A stretch of DNA of 64,000 bases from Elusimicrobiota bacterium. GTDB lineage: Bacteria; Elusimicrobiota; Elusimicrobia; Elusimicrobiales; UBA9959. Location: positions 5,591 to 69,590 of the forward strand of contig DMES01000002.1 of NCBI GenBank assembly GCA_003450815.1. The letters run 5' to 3'. The position numbers and the translations under genes were made by a program. Below are positions 23,041 through 32,522 of this stretch, in pieces. The notes under the pieces were generated by a model. The model saw only the letters and a list, made by a program, of their open reading frames with translations. It had not been told where the DNA came from and ran no database searches. Position 1 is the first letter of the stretch. Every line of letters starts with the position of its first letter.

Positions 23041-24167
23041 CTCATTGCAGGGTTTGCGGTCATGAGTTTTTCAGCAGTCCGCTGTTGCGCTATGCAAATA
23101 TGCCGAAAGCCGCCCAATTCCTGCCGTCCGCGGCGGCGCTTAAAAAGGATGCGGGAACTGGCCTAGAGGTCTGCCAGTGTTCGGGTTGCGGACTGGTCCA
23201 GCTGAGCAATGAGCCAGTGCCTTATTACAGGGAGGTCGTGCGCGCCTCAGCTTTTTCGCCGGAAATGAGAGATTTCCGCGTTAAGCAATTCAGCCGTTTT
23301 GTGCGGAAGTACGCCCTGAAAGGCGGAAAAGTGATTGAGATCGGCTGCGGCCGCGGCGAGTATCTTTCTTTAATGCGGCGGACCGGAGCGGATGTTTACG
23401 GATTGGAGTATTCAGGCAAAGCGGTTGACCATTGCCGCCGGGAAGGGTTGAAAGTTTCAAGGGGTTTTCTCGGGAACAGTCACGCGAAGCTCCGGGGTGG
23501 GCCGTTCCAGGCTTTTTTTATTTTGAGTTTTCTTGAGCATCTGCCGGAACCTAATTCCACGCTTAGGGAAGCATATAATAATCTGTCCGACGGCGGTTAC
23601 GGCCTTGTGGAAGTGCCTAATTTTGACATGATAATGCGGAAAAATCTTTTTTCCGAATTTATATCCGACCACCTTTTATATTTTACCAAAGATACTCTGG
23701 TCGCTGCGTTGGACCGCAACGGTTTTGAGGTCCTTGAGTGCAAGGAAATCTGGCGTGATTATATAATCTCGGCCGTTGTGCGGAAGAGGGGAAAACTGGA
23801 CCTGTCCCGGTTCCACCGGCGTCGGACTGCGCTGGCAGTGGAAATAAACGCGTATATACGCCGTTTTAAACCCGGCAAAGTGGCTGTGTGGGGAGCCGGC
23901 CACCAGGCGCTTACCGTAATGTCGCTGGCCTCTCTGGCCGGTAAAATACGCTATGTGGTGGATTCCGCGCCTTTTAAACAGGGAAAATACACGCCAGCCA
24001 CGCATATACCGATAGTTTCTCCCGCTTCGATTGTAACTGATCCGGTGGATGCCGTAATAGTTATGGCGGCCGGATATTCCGACGAAGTGGCCGGAATTAT
24101 ACGGCGGAAGTACGACGGGAAAATAAATATTTCCATTTTGAGAGAGCGCGGGCTGGAAACCGTTTAA
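23031..24167 (+). CDS. SAM-dependent NDP-sugar C-methyltransferase family protein
   Basis: N-terminal Zn-ribbon (CRVCGHEF...CQCSGCGLVQL), SAM motif VIEIGCGRGEY and a C-terminal Rossmann-like domain (VAVWGAGHQA) typical of C-methyltransferases. Confidence 0.65.
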   Translation: MPITHCRVCGHEFFSSPLLRYANMPKAAQFLPSAAALKKDAGTGLEVCQCSGCGLVQLSNEPVPYYREVVRASAFSPEMRDFRVKQFSRFVRKYALKGGKVIEIGCGRGEYLSLMRRTGADVYGLEYSGKAVDHCRREGLKVSRGFLGNSHAKLRGGPFQAFFILSFLEHLPEPNSTLREAYNNLSDGGYGLVEVPNFDMIMRKNLFSEFISDHLLYFTKDTLVAALDRNGFEVLECKEIWRDYIISAVVRKRGKLDLSRFHRRRTALAVEINAYIRRFKPGKVAVWGAGHQALTVMSLASLAGKIRYVVDSAPFKQGKYTPATHIPIVSPASIVTDPVDAVIVMAAGYSDEVAGIIRRKYDGKINISILRERGLETV

Positions 24168-24172
24168 ATCAA

Positions 24173-25867
24173 ATGAATATCCTCCTTGTTTTTCCGCTTA
24201 ACGAGCCTTATGACGAGATAATCACCGCGAATAAGACGGCCTGGAAATCAAAACTTAATCCCTATAAAAACATAAAAAAGCTGGACTGCGCGTATCCGAC
24301 CGGCCTGTTATCCATTGCCTCGTACGTTAAGAAGCACGTTCCCGAAGCTAACGTGAAAATTTTGGACCTGAACGCGGTTCTGATCCGGGTAGCAAAAAGG
24401 AAAAGCGAGGGTTCCGAGACTTTTGCCGGATATGGGTATGAAGATCTCCTGAAGGAATCGATGTCGCTGCTTGGTGGATTTATCCCTGATATTACCGGCA
24501 TCTCAACGCTTTTTTGCAGCAACTACCGGGATTTGAAGCCCCTGGCGGCGTTTTTAAAAAAAGCATATCCAAAAAACCTGGTTGTTTGCGGTGGGCATCT
24601 GGCTTCGGCTTGTTACGAACGGATTTATTACGACAAACATGAAATTGACGCTATAGGGTTTGGTGAAGGTGAAATACCGTTCCGCGAGCTGGCCTGCGCC
24701 GTTTTGCGCGGAAAAGCGGCGGAATATTTATCCTCAAGCCCCTATTGGATCACTAAGGCGAAAACAGGGGCCGGCGTTAAATTTGCGCCCCAAAAAACCG
24801 CGCTGGCCGATCTGGATGAGATCCCTCCGTTCGATTTCGGCATGCTGGTGTTCCCGGAGGCCTATTTTAACTCGACCAGGTATTTCTTTGTGATAGACTC
24901 TCGGGAGGATAAAAAGGAGATATTTATTTTTTCCTCAAGGGGCTGCCAGTATAAGTGTGTTTTCTGCGCGTCGCAGAATGTCCATGGCAACGCCGTCCGG
25001 TTCCACAGCGTTGACAGGATCCGGAGCGACATACGTTATTATCACGAGCGTTACGGCATAACCAGATTTGTGTTTTATGACGACCATTTCCTGTCGGACA
25101 AAGCCAGGGCGCTGGAGATCCTTGAATTTATCTCGCGTCAGGGATTTACCGCTGAAATTCCCACGCCGGCTTTTTTCTCGCTGGACGGGGAGATAGCCGC
25201 CGCCATGAAGCGGGCCGGCATCAGGGAAGTTAATCTTACTATAGAGAGCGGGAATGAAAACACTTTAAAAAAAATAATCCATAAGCCCGGAAGCCTCAAA
25301 AAGGCGGCGGAAGCCGTGGATATCCTTCACAACGAAGGCATCATTGTGGTTTCAAATATTCTGATAGGCCTGCCGGGAGAGACAAAAGAATCCATCGAAA
25401 GCGGCCTGGAATATCTGCTGACTACGAGTATAGACTGGTTCCAGTGTTTTGTTGTGGCGCCTTTGCCTGGAAGCGAACTGTATGAAATATGCGAGGAAAA
25501 AGGCTACTTCGTGCCTGATTACGATATTTCAACGATGGATTATAAAAAATGTCTGATAAGAACGGCGGATTTCTCACCGGAATATATTGAAAAGAAAGCT
25601 TATGAGATGAATTTGAAGCTGAATTTCACCAATAATTATAATATAAGAATCGGCAATTACCGTGTAGCTCTGATGTTTTTTGAGAGGGTGATAAATTCGG
25701 TAATTGACACGCACGCCTTCGCGTATTATTTTGCCGCGAAATGCTGCCAGGCGTTGCGGCTGGACGGTAAATATGAGATCTATAAGGCAAAATACGCTGA
25801 AATGACGGCAAAATACGTGTTCTGGCGGGAATATTCCGCTCAGTTTAATTTAAAGCCGCTGGATTAA
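24173..25867 (+). CDS. B12-binding-domain radical SAM protein (class B)
   Basis: N-terminal cobalamin-binding-like domain, then a CxxxCxxC motif (SSRGCQYKCVFCAS). Confidence 0.75.
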   Translation: MNILLVFPLNEPYDEIITANKTAWKSKLNPYKNIKKLDCAYPTGLLSIASYVKKHVPEANVKILDLNAVLIRVAKRKSEGSETFAGYGYEDLLKESMSLLGGFIPDITGISTLFCSNYRDLKPLAAFLKKAYPKNLVVCGGHLASACYERIYYDKHEIDAIGFGEGEIPFRELACAVLRGKAAEYLSSSPYWITKAKTGAGVKFAPQKTALADLDEIPPFDFGMLVFPEAYFNSTRYFFVIDSREDKKEIFIFSSRGCQYKCVFCASQNVHGNAVRFHSVDRIRSDIRYYHERYGITRFVFYDDHFLSDKARALEILEFISRQGFTAEIPTPAFFSLDGEIAAAMKRAGIREVNLTIESGNENTLKKIIHKPGSLKKAAEAVDILHNEGIIVVSNILIGLPGETKESIESGLEYLLTTSIDWFQCFVVAPLPGSELYEICEEKGYFVPDYDISTMDYKKCLIRTADFSPEYIEKKAYEMNLKLNFTNNYNIRIGNYRVALMFFERVINSVIDTHAFAYYFAAKCCQALRLDGKYEIYKAKYAEMTAKYVFWREYSAQFNLKPLD

Positions 25868-25924
25868 AATCTTTTTACCATGCTCCGCCCTTCTAGGCGG
25901 GGATGCCCCGGGACAAGTCTATTC

Positions 25925-26698
25925 ATGAAAAACAAATTCATTGGTTTTCGCAGTAAAGCGGCCGGCCGGATCAATATAAAGCTGGGCAAGGCCGGATTTA
26001 CCGTAATAAACCTGACAGAACCTCTGAGGGAGAATGTTGAGGTTTTCCCCGGGGACCCTAAGCCGCAGAAAAAAGTGTTTTGTTCGTTCGAGAAAGACAA
26101 TTGCCGGCATAACATATACCTGGTGGGTGATCATAACCACCATCCGCACGGGGACGCGCCCAATCATCAAAATCTCCGGTGTAAAAAAATGGGTTTTGAG
26201 TTCTGGGGCCTGGATTTTGTGTTTAACAAAGCCTGCCTGATAGATCTATCAGGTTCGGAAGGTTCCGTTAAGTCCTACGGAGTAACATATTTAAAAAAAA
26301 TAACAGACGCGCATCTCAGCCCTTATCTGGCCCGAATAGGGAAAAGCGGAGCTTTGATACTGAGGACCGGTTATGACAGGTGGCTGGAATCAAATAAAAA
26401 ACATCTCCCGGGCGGTATCCCGTATCTGGACAAAAGCGCGGTTGACCTGATTTCCAAATTCAAGAAACTTAAGGTTATAGGGATAGATAGCCTGACGATA
26501 GATGGAACGGGAAAAAATTACGCGCACAGAAAACTTAAAGATAAGTTTATAGTGGAAAGCCTTGTCAACCTGTACGGTATTCCCGCAAAAGCCAGGTCAG
26601 GGTTTTATCTGCAGACAAGCCCGATAGCTATAGTGGGAGCCACGGGCGGGCCTGTTCTGGCATATGCCTATATACCGAAGGCAGGGTATAGGGGCTAG
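25925..26698 (+). CDS. Cyclase-family (kynurenine-formamidase-like) protein
   Basis: VINLTEPL..VFPGDP and a variant metal motif GDHNHHPHGDAPNH (compare HxGTHxDxPxH). ATG 25925 is preferred. Confidence 0.5.
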   Translation: MKNKFIGFRSKAAGRINIKLGKAGFTVINLTEPLRENVEVFPGDPKPQKKVFCSFEKDNCRHNIYLVGDHNHHPHGDAPNHQNLRCKKMGFEFWGLDFVFNKACLIDLSGSEGSVKSYGVTYLKKITDAHLSPYLARIGKSGALILRTGYDRWLESNKKHLPGGIPYLDKSAVDLISKFKKLKVIGIDSLTIDGTGKNYAHRKLKDKFIVESLVNLYGIPAKARSGFYLQTSPIAIVGATGGPVLAYAYIPKAGYRG

Positions 26699-26727
26699 CG
26701 GATAGGGGTTAGAGCAGAGAAAATGCT

Positions 26728-27651
26728 ATGACAAAAGTTAATATCGGATTTATCGGGCTTGGGAAAATGGGCGGGCTTGTCGCGCGAAGGCTTGCCGGAG
26801 CCGGATACAAACTGTTCGTGCATGACCGTATCCACGCTAACATGCTGGCGATATCCCGGAAAGGCGCGAACGCCTGCCGCTCGCCTGAAGAACTGGCTTA
26901 TGCCCTGTCCGCGCCCCGCGTAATAATGCTGTGCATCCCGGCGGGTGCCGCCATTGATGAGCTTATACGGCAAGTGTCCCCTGTTTTGACTAAAGGGGAT
27001 ATCCTGGCGGATCTGGGTAACTCTTTCTACCACGACAGCGTTAAAAGGGCCGGCGCGTTAAGAAAGCGCGGGGTTCATTTTATAGATGTCGGCATGAGCG
27101 GTGGGGTGACTGGGGCGCGGAACGGCGCCTGTCTGATGATAGGCGGAGTAAAAAGACAGGCTGTCAAACTGGATGGTATTTTCAAAGCTATTTCTAAAAA
27201 CGGCTCTTATAAATATTTCAGCCGCCCCGGTGCAGGACACCTGATCAAAGGATTTCATAATTTGATCGAATACGGATATCTGCAGTCATTGGCCGAAGGT
27301 CTGGAAAGTCTTTACAGGATCTCAGTGAAGGGGAAAATGAAGCTGGACCTGGCGGAGGTTTGCGATATATGGTCGCGCGGGAGCATAATCGAATCCCGGC
27401 TGGTCTTCGACGCGAAAACCGCGCTTAGACTGAATCCGGGCCTGAAAGGGATATCCGGTTCCGTGAACGGGCAGACGCTCTCCGAGATGCGGAGACTTAT
27501 TCGCGTAGCGTCCGCTTCAGGGGTCAGGAACTATTCCGGAGCGGCCGCCGTAAGAGCCAGGCTGCGATCGCGCAGTAAGCCCACATATTCCGGAAAGCTG
27601 ATAAACGCCATAAGAAATGTTTTCGGAGGCCACAGCGAATGGAAGAAGTAG
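26728..27651 (+). CDS. 6-phosphogluconate dehydrogenase (decarboxylating)-like NAD(P) oxidoreductase, short YqeC/GntZ type
   Basis: IGFIGLGKMGGLVARRL, GNSFYHDS, GMSGGVTGARNGACLMIGG, GAGHLIKGFHNLIEYG and a C-terminal NVFGGHSEWKK. Confidence 0.7.
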   Translation: MTKVNIGFIGLGKMGGLVARRLAGAGYKLFVHDRIHANMLAISRKGANACRSPEELAYALSAPRVIMLCIPAGAAIDELIRQVSPVLTKGDILADLGNSFYHDSVKRAGALRKRGVHFIDVGMSGGVTGARNGACLMIGGVKRQAVKLDGIFKAISKNGSYKYFSRPGAGHLIKGFHNLIEYGYLQSLAEGLESLYRISVKGKMKLDLAEVCDIWSRGSIIESRLVFDAKTALRLNPGLKGISGSVNGQTLSEMRRLIRVASASGVRNYSGAAAVRARLRSRSKPTYSGKLINAIRNVFGGHSEWKK

Positions 27652-29072
27652 CGGCCGGACTTGATATAGGCACCTCCTCCATAAAACTGGTCCTGCGGGG
27701 CCGGAAAGGGGTAGTCTATTCGGCTATAAAGCGGCATTCAGGCCCGGCTGATAAAAGGGAGCTTCCTCCCGGTCTGCTGCTGTCGGATGTGTTTCGCATG
27801 CTGCGGTCCGCGGCCGTAGAGAATAAAAATTTTAAGATCAAAGCCATAGGCCTTAGCGCGCTTTATCCAAGTCTTATAGTTTTAGACGCACAAGGAAAAC
27901 CCCTTACCCGGATAATGACCTGGCTGGATGAAAAAGGTGGGGAAGCGGCCGGGAAATTCCGCAAGGGCGCTCTCGCCGCTTCCTTGCACAAAAGGACGGG
28001 CTGTCCGGCCCATGGATCCTATCCGCTCTGGAAACTTATCTGGCTCAGAAAGAACAAGCCGGAGATATTCCGGCCAGCGGCTAAATTTCTTTCACTGCCG
28101 GATTATCTTGTATACAGGCTGACGGGAAAATATGCGGTTTCCCGGGCTATCGCTTCCACCACCGGGCTTTTTAATATCAGAACGCTCGAATGGGATAAAA
28201 AAGCGTTGGCGTTGGCCGGAATATCCGCCGCGCAGCTCCCTGAATGTTTCAGCATATATCATCTCGAGCCCATACTTCAGGGGCCGCGTTTTGAAACCGG
28301 GCTGCCTCCGGACGCTGTTGTAGTCCTTGGGGCGGGTGACGGGCACTTGTGCAATATCGGCGCGGGTTGTGCCGATGGAAAGGTCTGCTCCACCGTAGGC
28401 GCAAGTTCCGCTGTCAGGGTTATCGGGCCTCTCAAAGGCTATAATCCTTCGGTGTGGCGGTATTACCTCTACGGCGATAAATATGTTTCCGGTATCGCGG
28501 CTAACGCCGGGTTAAGCACGCTGGAATGGTTCGTGAAGGATATCCTGCGGGAAAAGTCTGAGCGCCTGCCCCGCCTTATCTCTGGTCTTGACCCCGCTCT
28601 CACGACCGGAATTGTATTTCTGCCTTTTTTAGACGGAGAAAGAGGTCCCGGATATAATCAGGGAATGTCCGCGGCTTTCATGGGGCTCAGGTCCTCCGAC
28701 GGGAGCAGGGAAATGTTCAAGGCCGTGCTTGAGGGGCTATTCTTCAGCCTCTACCACTGCCTGGAGGTTTTATTCGGCAACACCCGCAAACCGGCGGAAA
28801 TAACGGCTACAGGCGGATACGCGCGATTCCCTGGATTGCTCCAGCTGCAGGCGGATATTTTCGGCATGCGTGTAAAGGCTATAGATTCGGACGAGGCTTC
28901 CGCGGACGGATCGGCCAAGGTGGCGTTAACGGCGCTTGGCACGATCTCGTCCCCTTTGGCGATCAAGCCGGGGATACGGAAAATATACTTCCCCGACAGC
29001 CGCAGGCAATTGGAGTATAAGGTGAAGTACGCCGCATACAGAAAATTTTACGAAATGCAGGCTGATAAATGA
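27639..29072 (+). CDS. FGGY-family carbohydrate kinase
   Basis: GLDIGTSSIKLVL, GAGDGHLCNIGAG and ATGGYARFPGLLQLQADIFG. Confidence 0.7.
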   Translation: MEEVAAGLDIGTSSIKLVLRGRKGVVYSAIKRHSGPADKRELPPGLLLSDVFRMLRSAAVENKNFKIKAIGLSALYPSLIVLDAQGKPLTRIMTWLDEKGGEAAGKFRKGALAASLHKRTGCPAHGSYPLWKLIWLRKNKPEIFRPAAKFLSLPDYLVYRLTGKYAVSRAIASTTGLFNIRTLEWDKKALALAGISAAQLPECFSIYHLEPILQGPRFETGLPPDAVVVLGAGDGHLCNIGAGCADGKVCSTVGASSAVRVIGPLKGYNPSVWRYYLYGDKYVSGIAANAGLSTLEWFVKDILREKSERLPRLISGLDPALTTGIVFLPFLDGERGPGYNQGMSAAFMGLRSSDGSREMFKAVLEGLFFSLYHCLEVLFGNTRKPAEITATGGYARFPGLLQLQADIFGMRVKAIDSDEASADGSAKVALTALGTISSPLAIKPGIRKIYFPDSRRQLEYKVKYAAYRKFYEMQADK

Positions 29073-30181
29073 CCCCCGATCAGAAACCCGCTGAAACCGG
29101 CGTTCCGCTGGTCAGTATTGTCGTGCCGGTGTATAACGCCGAAGCGACCCTTGAGCAGTGCGTTGAAAGTGTGCTTTCACAGACATACCGAAACACGGAA
29201 CTGATACTTGTGGACGACGGTTCCACGGATGCCGGCGGTGACATATCCGAAGGCTATGGCCGGCGCTACGATAGGATAAAATCTTTTCATTGCGGTAACG
29301 GGGGGCCGTCCGCCGCCAGGAATTACGGCATAAATAAAGCGAACGGTGAATTGTTGTTTTTTCTGGATGCCGACGACTATCTGCCCGCTCACGCTATAAG
29401 TTCCCTTGTCGAGAATTATTCCCGGTGCGGCGCGGACATGGTGGTGGGAGATTTTCAGCATGTATCAGCCGGCGGGCAGGCGGCCGGCGGCGGAGGGGCC
29501 TTTGCGGAGAGCCGGTTGATGCAAAAACCTGAAATTGTGGATTACGCTTTCGCCTATCTGCGTAAGCCTAACCGGGCTATTCTATTCGCCTATTCGTGGG
29601 GCCGCTTATTTAAAACAAGCATAATCCGCGGCTGCAATATCCTGTTTAATCCGGAACTGCATACCTTCGAGGATGTGGCGTTTAATTTTGACTATCTAAA
29701 ACACGCGCGGACGGTGTCGTTCGTGAAGCAGGTAGCGTATGAGCACCGGATCTGCGAAAATTATTCTTCGGCCACTATGACGGTGTCCGGCGATCCTAAA
29801 AAAATGTTCGGCTATAGGAGCGCGCTTAAAAACATACGCGGGTTCCTTGAAGAAGCCTGTGCGAACCCTGAAATAAGTGAGGCGGTAGGGCACGCGAATG
29901 TTTTCCTGACCATCATTCAGCTTGTCCGTATCTGCGGCCAGATAAACGCGTCCAACAAAAAAGAGCTCTATGGGCTGGTCAGGGAGGTTATCTCTGATCC
30001 CGGCTTGAGGAGAGATCTGCTGTTTTATCGCCCGTCAAACAGGGACAGCCGGCTTATCCCGCTGCTCATAAGACTAAGGCTGGCGCCGCTTGTCGTGGCG
30101 GTTTGCCGGCATAAGGCGGCTAAAAGATATGGAAGAGGGTTTGCCGCAAACCCGTGTAATTTTTTTCTGGGAGGCGTTTAA
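29069..30181 (+). CDS. Glycosyltransferase family 2
   Basis: VSIVVPVYNAEATLEQCVESVLSQTY, LVDDGSTD and LDADD. Confidence 0.8.
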   Translation: MTPDQKPAETGVPLVSIVVPVYNAEATLEQCVESVLSQTYRNTELILVDDGSTDAGGDISEGYGRRYDRIKSFHCGNGGPSAARNYGINKANGELLFFLDADDYLPAHAISSLVENYSRCGADMVVGDFQHVSAGGQAAGGGGAFAESRLMQKPEIVDYAFAYLRKPNRAILFAYSWGRLFKTSIIRGCNILFNPELHTFEDVAFNFDYLKHARTVSFVKQVAYEHRICENYSSATMTVSGDPKKMFGYRSALKNIRGFLEEACANPEISEAVGHANVFLTIIQLVRICGQINASNKKELYGLVREVISDPGLRRDLLFYRPSNRDSRLIPLLIRLRLAPLVVAVCRHKAAKRYGRGFAANPCNFFLGGV

Positions 30182-31422
30182 TGCCGCGTGCCGTGAAGTT
30201 TAACGCCGGAGAGGCAGTGGAAAAGCTGAAAGATGGATCGGTCCCTGTAATAATATTCGGAGCCGGGGTTGTGGGCGAAGCTTTATTTTATGCCTGTGCC
30301 GGCGCCGGTATTGCGGTGGAATGTTTTTGCGATAACAACGCGAACAAAACCCGCGCGCTTTTTTGCGGCGTTAGGGTAATTCATGTTTCTGAACTGAAAA
30401 AAAATTATAAAGATGCCGCTTTCCTGATTTCCGCCGCGGACATAAAAGATGTGGTGGACCAGCTTTGTTCGTTGGGATATTCCAAATGGCATGCGGGAGC
30501 GATATTGCTGCGCGATTTTAATCCGGCCGTGCACCGGTTCAGCGCTCCTTATGAATTTGTTGAGTACGCTGTGGGTACGGCCCTTTTGTGCCAGGACAGC
30601 TTTCTGCTCCCTGATAAGATCTTTCTGCGCAGCGTGGACATAATAGTTACGGAGAGGTGTTCCCTGAAATGCAGGGATTGTTCCAACCTCATGCAGTATT
30701 ATAAGAAACCGGAAAATATCGCTATTGAAGAGGTTTTTCGGGATATTAATGCTCTTTGTGCCGTTGTAGATGAAATTAATGAATTCAGGGTTATAGGCGG
30801 AGAGCCTTTTATGAATCGCGACTTCCATTTAACGGTCAAGTGTCTGATCGATGAACCGAAGGTTAAAAAAGTGGTAATCTATACCAACGGGACGGTCGTC
30901 CCCGCTGAGGAACAGCTGGAGTGTTTAAAGAGCGGCAAGGTTCTGGTTATTATTACTGATTACGGTAGGCTCTCAAAAAAGCTGGAACAGCTTAAAGCGG
31001 CGCTTTCAGATAAAAAAATAGCTTTTTACGTTCCGAAAGCGGGGGGGTGGAGCGATTGCGCCAGGATAGCCAGGCATAACAGGACCGCGTCCGGTCAAAA
31101 GGAAGTTCTTAAAAAATGCTGCGCCAAAAATACTTTCACGCTGTCCGGTGGGCGGCTTTTCAGATGCCCGTTTTCGGCAAATGCTTACAGGCTGGGAGCG
31201 GTTCCGGATAATGCCGGCGACTATGTGGAGCTTATCGGAGAGCAAGGTCCCGACAGTGTCAGGAAGAAGATAAAGAAGCTTCTTTTTGAAAGTGAATTAC
31301 TGGAGATCTGCGATTACTGTAACGGCAGGCCGTTCGGCGCTCCCGAGATCCAGCCGGCGGTACAGGTGAGCGCTCCATTGGACTACGAGAACATCCGGCC
31401 GTCCGGACAGGAGAAAATATAA
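30181..31422 (+). CDS. Radical SAM protein with N-terminal Rossmann-like domain and C-terminal Cys-rich region
   Basis: VIIFGAGVVGE, then VTERCSLKCRDCSNL (CxxxCxxC). C-terminal cysteines KKCCAKN, RCPFS and ICDYCNG. Confidence 0.7.
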   Translation: MPRAVKFNAGEAVEKLKDGSVPVIIFGAGVVGEALFYACAGAGIAVECFCDNNANKTRALFCGVRVIHVSELKKNYKDAAFLISAADIKDVVDQLCSLGYSKWHAGAILLRDFNPAVHRFSAPYEFVEYAVGTALLCQDSFLLPDKIFLRSVDIIVTERCSLKCRDCSNLMQYYKKPENIAIEEVFRDINALCAVVDEINEFRVIGGEPFMNRDFHLTVKCLIDEPKVKKVVIYTNGTVVPAEEQLECLKSGKVLVIITDYGRLSKKLEQLKAALSDKKIAFYVPKAGGWSDCARIARHNRTASGQKEVLKKCCAKNTFTLSGGRLFRCPFSANAYRLGAVPDNAGDYVELIGEQGPDSVRKKIKKLLFESELLEICDYCNGRPFGAPEIQPAVQVSAPLDYENIRPSGQEKI

Positions 31423-32504
31423 TGCCGGCTAATTATGAAAATCTGAAAGCGAACGAGCGGGAAAACCGCGATCTTCTCAAAAAGAATAAGCCGTATGTCT
31501 ATGAAAAAATGATGCGGTACGGCGAAAAGGTAAAAAACGGGGAAAGCATAGCCATCCTTCAGTTCCAGTACGATTACACCTGCAATTTCCAGTGCCGGCA
31601 TTGCTGCATCACCAGACTGCGCGGAAAAAAAGAAGACAGGGTTTTTACCATTAAGGACGTAGGGGAGCTGTCCCGCCAAGCCGATGAAATGGGGCTTGCG
31701 CAGATAGTCATTACCGGAGGTGAGCCCCTCGTATTCCCTGATTTTGACGATATCGTTCGAGCCATAGACCCCCAAAAATTTTACATAGTTTCAGATACAA
31801 ACGGCTGGTTCCTGGATGAGAAAAAGGCGAAACACCTTAAGAGCATCGGCGTTGATAAGATCCAGCTTAGTCTTGACAGCCTTTCGGCGCCGGAACACGA
31901 CGATTTCAGGCGCAAAAAAGGGTCGCACGAGCGGGCTTTAAGGGCTATTGACGCCTCTTTGAAAGCCGGTCTCAACATAATTCTGGCCACCGTTGTGACA
32001 AAGCAGCGGATCGGGTCCATGGAATTTGTCGATTTCCTTGAATTCGCAAAGAGTAAAGGCGTGGGAGTGTTCGTTACTTACGCCAAGCCGGTCGGCGAGT
32101 GGGAGGGCAAGCTGGATATGCTTGTCACCAAAGAGGATATGTCCCGCATGCGCGAACTTGAGAAAAAATACAATGTATTCACCCACCTCACTCCCGCTTA
32201 CGGGCTCAACCTGGGCTGCATTGCGGTAAAAAGGATGGTGTCCATCACGAAATACGGCGATATTATGCCCTGCCCGTACATACATGTTTCTCTGGGCAAC
32301 TTTTTTGAGGAGCCTTTGAAAGATATTATTCAAAGAGGGATGAACATCAAATGTTTCGGCAGGCATGTGGATACCTGTCTGATCGCGGAAGACCGGGAAT
32401 TTATTGAAGAGTATGAGGTTAAAAAAATATACGGCAAACGGCTTCCGGTGCGGTGTGAAGAGGTTTTTACGGAAAAAGATCTTATTGATCCGACTAAGCG
32501 GTAA
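31422..32504 (+). CDS. Radical SAM protein with SPASM/twitch-like C-terminal domain
   Basis: YDYTCNFQCRHCC (CxxxCxxC), ITGGEPL, and GCIAVKRMVSITKYGDIMPCPY plus CFGRHVDTC. Confidence 0.75.
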   Translation: MPANYENLKANERENRDLLKKNKPYVYEKMMRYGEKVKNGESIAILQFQYDYTCNFQCRHCCITRLRGKKEDRVFTIKDVGELSRQADEMGLAQIVITGGEPLVFPDFDDIVRAIDPQKFYIVSDTNGWFLDEKKAKHLKSIGVDKIQLSLDSLSAPEHDDFRRKKGSHERALRAIDASLKAGLNIILATVVTKQRIGSMEFVDFLEFAKSKGVGVFVTYAKPVGEWEGKLDMLVTKEDMSRMRELEKKYNVFTHLTPAYGLNLGCIAVKRMVSITKYGDIMPCPYIHVSLGNFFEEPLKDIIQRGMNIKCFGRHVDTCLIAEDREFIEEYEVKKIYGKRLPVRCEEVFTEKDLIDPTKR

Positions 32505-32522
32505 TGACGGAGGGAGCGAAGA

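Noticed and set aside
29468-29500. GC-rich tract gccggcgg gcaggcgg ccggcggc ggagggg in the GT2 gene (encoding AGGQAAGGGGA) as another in-frame repeat insertion.
   Set aside because: It has loose 8-nt periodicity, but it is short and indistinguishable from an ordinary Gly/Ala linker. There is no matching intergenic array.
30181-32504. RiPP (peptide) maturation system, because of the SPASM-like radical SAM proteins.
   Set aside because: No small precursor ORF, peptidase or RiPP recognition gene is evident nearby. The genes are translationally coupled to glycosyltransferases and sugar enzymes, so a sugar-modifying role is more parsimonious. This is not formally excluded.
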